Source: a virus
IMG/VR virus record: IMGVR_UViG_3300005529_000006
Coordinates: 1 to 64,000 of that record
DNA length: 64,000 nt
Direction: 5' to 3' (one strand)
In this document: piece after piece, positions 61,715-64,000 of the stretch
Layout of the letters: every line of letters begins with the position of its first letter
Numbering within the stretch: position 1 is the stretch's first letter
Translations under genes and position numbers: made by a program
The notes under the pieces: generated by a model
Databases searched by the model: none
Told to the model about the DNA's origin: nothing
What the model saw: the letters and a program-made list of their open reading frames with translations, nothing else

Positions 61715-61733
61715 GAACCCCTTTTTAGGTAGG
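61715..61733 (+). repeat. 19-bp motif copy I (GAACCCCTTTTTAGGTAGG; on the gene strand CCTACCTAAAAAGGGGTTC-ATG)
   Basis: Exact copy; sits 2 nt after the stop of 61736..62137. Confidence 0.8.
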
Positions 61734-61735
61734 CT

Positions 61736-62137
61736 TTAGAAGATCGCCATGGCCGGATGGAACAATTCCCTCCGTAGCGATAAAATCTTGCTTTCAAACC
61801 TTTCTCCATGCTTAAGCCCTGGATAGACGACATGCACCATTTCGTGCAGAAACTCTCGCACAGTAAATTTGAAGGAAGTATTGCACTCAGAATCAAACCT
61901 CATATGAGTCCGACGCTCCCCGTGCTTGATATACACGCACACATCTGCAATTGCGCCAAGATTATCTTTGTATTCAAACCGCACCTTTGCCGGGATCTCC
62001 GGATGCAATTCTTTTAACAAACGATAGTATTTATGCAGCTTTCTGTACGCTTCCCTTTTCGCCATGTAGCGCGGCCACTTCTCGTCTAGCTTTATTCGTC
62101 TTTTCATAGTCCTCACATTCCCCCCAGGAGTCCCCAA
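61736..62137 (-). CDS. SprT-like zinc metalloprotease domain protein
   Basis: HEMVHVVYPGLKHGERF (HExxH...HG..F). Start uncertain; overlaps the polymerase 3' end. Confidence 0.5.
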   Translation of the reverse strand: MGTPGGNVRTMKRRIKLDEKWPRYMAKREAYRKLHKYYRLLKELHPEIPAKVRFEYKDNLGAIADVCVYIKHGERRTHMRFDSECNTSFKFTVREFLHEMVHVVYPGLKHGERFESKILSLRRELFHPAMAIF

Positions 62138-64000
62138 CTTTCACACCAATCGGAATACTCATCCCCTTCAATTCTGGCCAAGGCTGACACATCACCTTGG
62201 TCACCGCATCCACCAGGTCATCCACCAGTTCCTCCGGGCACTCAAACACCAGCGAATCATGCACCTGAATCAACAACCTCGCAGGCTTGGGCAGGGCGAT
62301 GCAGATGGGAGTGACCCGTTGAGCTTGCTCCCGAGTCATCCCAATCCGCTCGTACATCAACCCGATCATGGCCCGGAAGATCACGTCTGCTGCCGTGCTC
62401 TGCGGGATGAAGCTCAGGGCTTCTGTGTAGTAGCTCTGGGTGTAGAACCAGCGTTTACGTCCAAACGGGGTAGTTAAATACCCCCTTCTCTTTGCCTCCT
62501 CCCCTATCCGGGTCTGCCATTGAATGGTGGGCCAGATAGCCTTCTTCCAGGTGTCCTGGAGGGCCTTGGTATCCTTCAACTCCATGTCATAGAGGTTGGA
62601 GATTTTCTTGTAGCCCATCCCATAGTTGGTGCCATGAACGATTCGTTTTGCTTTTCCATATGGAGCATCCTTATCGTTGTCTTTCTCCACGTCCTCGTAT
62701 GCAATTCCCAAAAATAAAGAGGCGGCGTAGCGATGCTCAGAGAACTTAGGATCGACCGCAAATCTTCGCAGTCTTTCCGCATCGCCTGCAAAGAAAGCTG
62801 TAAGGCGGTTTTCGATCTGTGAATAGTCAACATCAACAATCTTCCACCCTGCATGGGATGGTACGTAGATAAAACGAGCTGACTCGGGGATATTTTGTAA
62901 GTTCGGATCAGAACTTGACAGTCTCCCGCTTGCAGTTCCATGCACGTTGAAGTGAGGGAACACTCGGTCAACCTTGACCATATCCGCTTTAGCGAAGGTG
63001 GAAAGAACTTCATCAAGCTGGTTTAGCCTTTTGAGCGCCTTGAGCGAGAGGTTCTTGCTTTTCGCGTAGAGCTTGTCGAGAGCGAGTTTTCCGGTTGTAA
63101 CATTCCCTGACTTGGGGTCGAGGATCGGGTCAAAACCAAGGCAACCTTCTCCGTTAGAGTAAAGATATTGTCTTTTAACTTCCGTACTTCGCCAGGGAAC
63201 AACTTGCTCACTTGCGGGCTCAAAGACATATTTAACAGGCTTGCCAGACTTGCCGAGCGTGCCAGGAGGAGCTGGTACTCGTTTCCTAGTTGCTTCCTGT
63301 CGAGTTCGAAGCCATTCGGGAATAAGCTTTTCTTGTTCATTTCTCTCCGTTAAAAGTTTCTCTCTAACAAACTGAATCCTATTGGGATCTACTTTGAAAC
63401 CTGTTTCGTGCATCAGGCGACAAATCTTCGCCAGCGGCACCTGCACATTGAGATAGAGCTTGTCCAGCCCGTTCTTCTTGGTGAGGGGCCACAGGTCTTG
63501 CCACACCTGAAACGTCACATCCGTATCACGGCAGCAGTAGACTTCCAGGGAGGCTTTGTCATGCTTCCAGGCGGGTTTGCTTACGAACTGGCTTCCGACA
63601 AATTCAAGGTCATGAGGAAAGTCCGGGAAACACAGGTGCTGGAGGAGCATCGTATCGTAAAGAACGGCGCTCGGCCCTGGTGCAACACCGGAGTCCCGCA
63701 GTATGGGCAAATCAAACTGCAAACTATTGTGGCCGACCACTTCTTTTGCATTGGCAAAAATGCGTCGGAGTTCCGGGATGTAGGCTCCCCGGAAGGGGAC
63801 ACAAATGGCGTGTCCGACTCTATCGGAGAGTCCGACACAAACGATTTCTTTGGTGAAGCCTCTGGTTTCAATGTCAAAGGCAAACCTGTCAGACTTGAAA
63901 TTTTGTACATCATCTAAACTTGGGTATGGGTTGTAGTGCTCCTCCGGGATCTCCAGAGGCTTCAGTAGGTCATTGACCGCTACTGGAATATAAACTTGGT
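62031..64000 (-). CDS. polA: family A DNA polymerase (PolA-like), N-terminally truncated by the window edge
   Basis: Pol domain in ORF 62031..63740. Hand translation of the same frame upstream of 63740 stays open to position 64000 and contains Exo I FAFDIETRGF. Exo II GHNSLQFDLPIL and Exo III YCCRDTD follow. Confidence 0.85.
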   Translation of the reverse strand, partial: QVYIPVAVNDLLKPLEIPEEHYNPYPSLDDVQNFKSDRFAFDIETRGFTKEIVCVGLSDRVGHAICVPFRGAYIPELRRIFANAKEVVGHNSLQFDLPILRDSGVAPGPSAVLYDTMLLQHLCFPDFPHDLEFVGSQFVSKPAWKHDKASLEVYCCRDTDVTFQVWQDLWPLTKKNGLDKLYLNVQVPLAKICRLMHETGFKVDPNRIQFVREKLLTERNEQEKLIPEWLRTRQEATRKRVPAPPGTLGKSGKPVKYVFEPASEQVVPWRSTEVKRQYLYSNGEGCLGFDPILDPKSGNVTTGKLALDKLYAKSKNLSLKALKRLNQLDEVLSTFAKADMVKVDRVFPHFNVHGTASGRLSSSDPNLQNIPESARFIYVPSHAGWKIVDVDYSQIENRLTAFFAGDAERLRRFAVDPKFSEHRYAASLFLGIAYEDVEKDNDKDAPYGKAKRIVHGTNYGMGYKKISNLYDMELKDTKALQDTWKKAIWPTIQWQTRIGEEAKRRGYLTTPFGRKRWFYTQSYYTEALSFIPQSTAADVIFRAMIGLMYERIGMTREQAQRVTPICIALPKPARLLIQVHDSLVFECPEELVDDLVDAVTKVMCQPWPELKGMSIPIGVKVGDSWGECEDYEKTNKARREVAALHGEKGSVQKAA

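Noticed and set aside
3470-61733. 19-bp motif as an ECF or sigma70 promoter
   Set aside because: GAAC could be an ECF -35 element, but no GTC/CGTC-like -10 sits 16-17 nt downstream in any copy. Orientation does not follow transcription direction and one copy is inside a coding sequence. This is left as an open finding instead.
1-64000. Diversity-generating retroelement, CRISPR-Cas, restriction-modification or toxin-antitoxin cassette
   Set aside because: No reverse transcriptase, cas, methyltransferase or recognisable toxin/antitoxin signatures were found in any of the translated ORFs.

Overview
This window is a slice of a large (>64 kb) tailed-phage or prophage genome with no host housekeeping genes; both edges cut phage genes. 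The layout is three blocks. (1) Positions 1-18966 are a dense leftward (minus-strand) early operon: Sak4-like ATPase, PD-(D/E)XK/EndoVII nuclease, an ECF-type sigma factor with a Cys-rich partner, a MoxR-AAA + VWA (CobS/CobT-like) pair, an SPFH/band-7 lipoprotein and many small zinc-ribbon proteins. (2) Positions 18967-19927 are a ~960-bp repeat-rich divergent control region, followed by a rightward late operon (19928-55310). That operon holds small and large terminase, portal, scaffold, major capsid, a lysis cassette (SleB-like hydrolase, histidine phosphatase, holin-like protein), three giant fiber/tailspike-like proteins (1661, 1010 and 1334 aa) and huge internal proteins (1672 aa). (3) Positions 55359-56960 hold two tyrosine recombinases with operator/attP-like repeats, then a leftward replication/nucleotide module: dNTP diphosphohydrolase, NT5C nucleotidase, DEDDy exonuclease, P-loop helicase-like protein, SprT-like protease and a family-A DNA polymerase truncated by the window edge. 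No tail tube or sheath genes are seen, so the virion is probably podovirus-like. Signal peptides ending ...FGQ / ...AWGQ and weak Shine-Dalgarno usage suggest a Bacteroidota host (inference). The most striking unexplained signal is a 19-bp motif, GAACCCCTTTTTAGGTAGG, found at least 9 times in both orientations, usually exactly between a stop and a start codon. Coordinates read from the printed sequence may be off by +/-1-2 nt.
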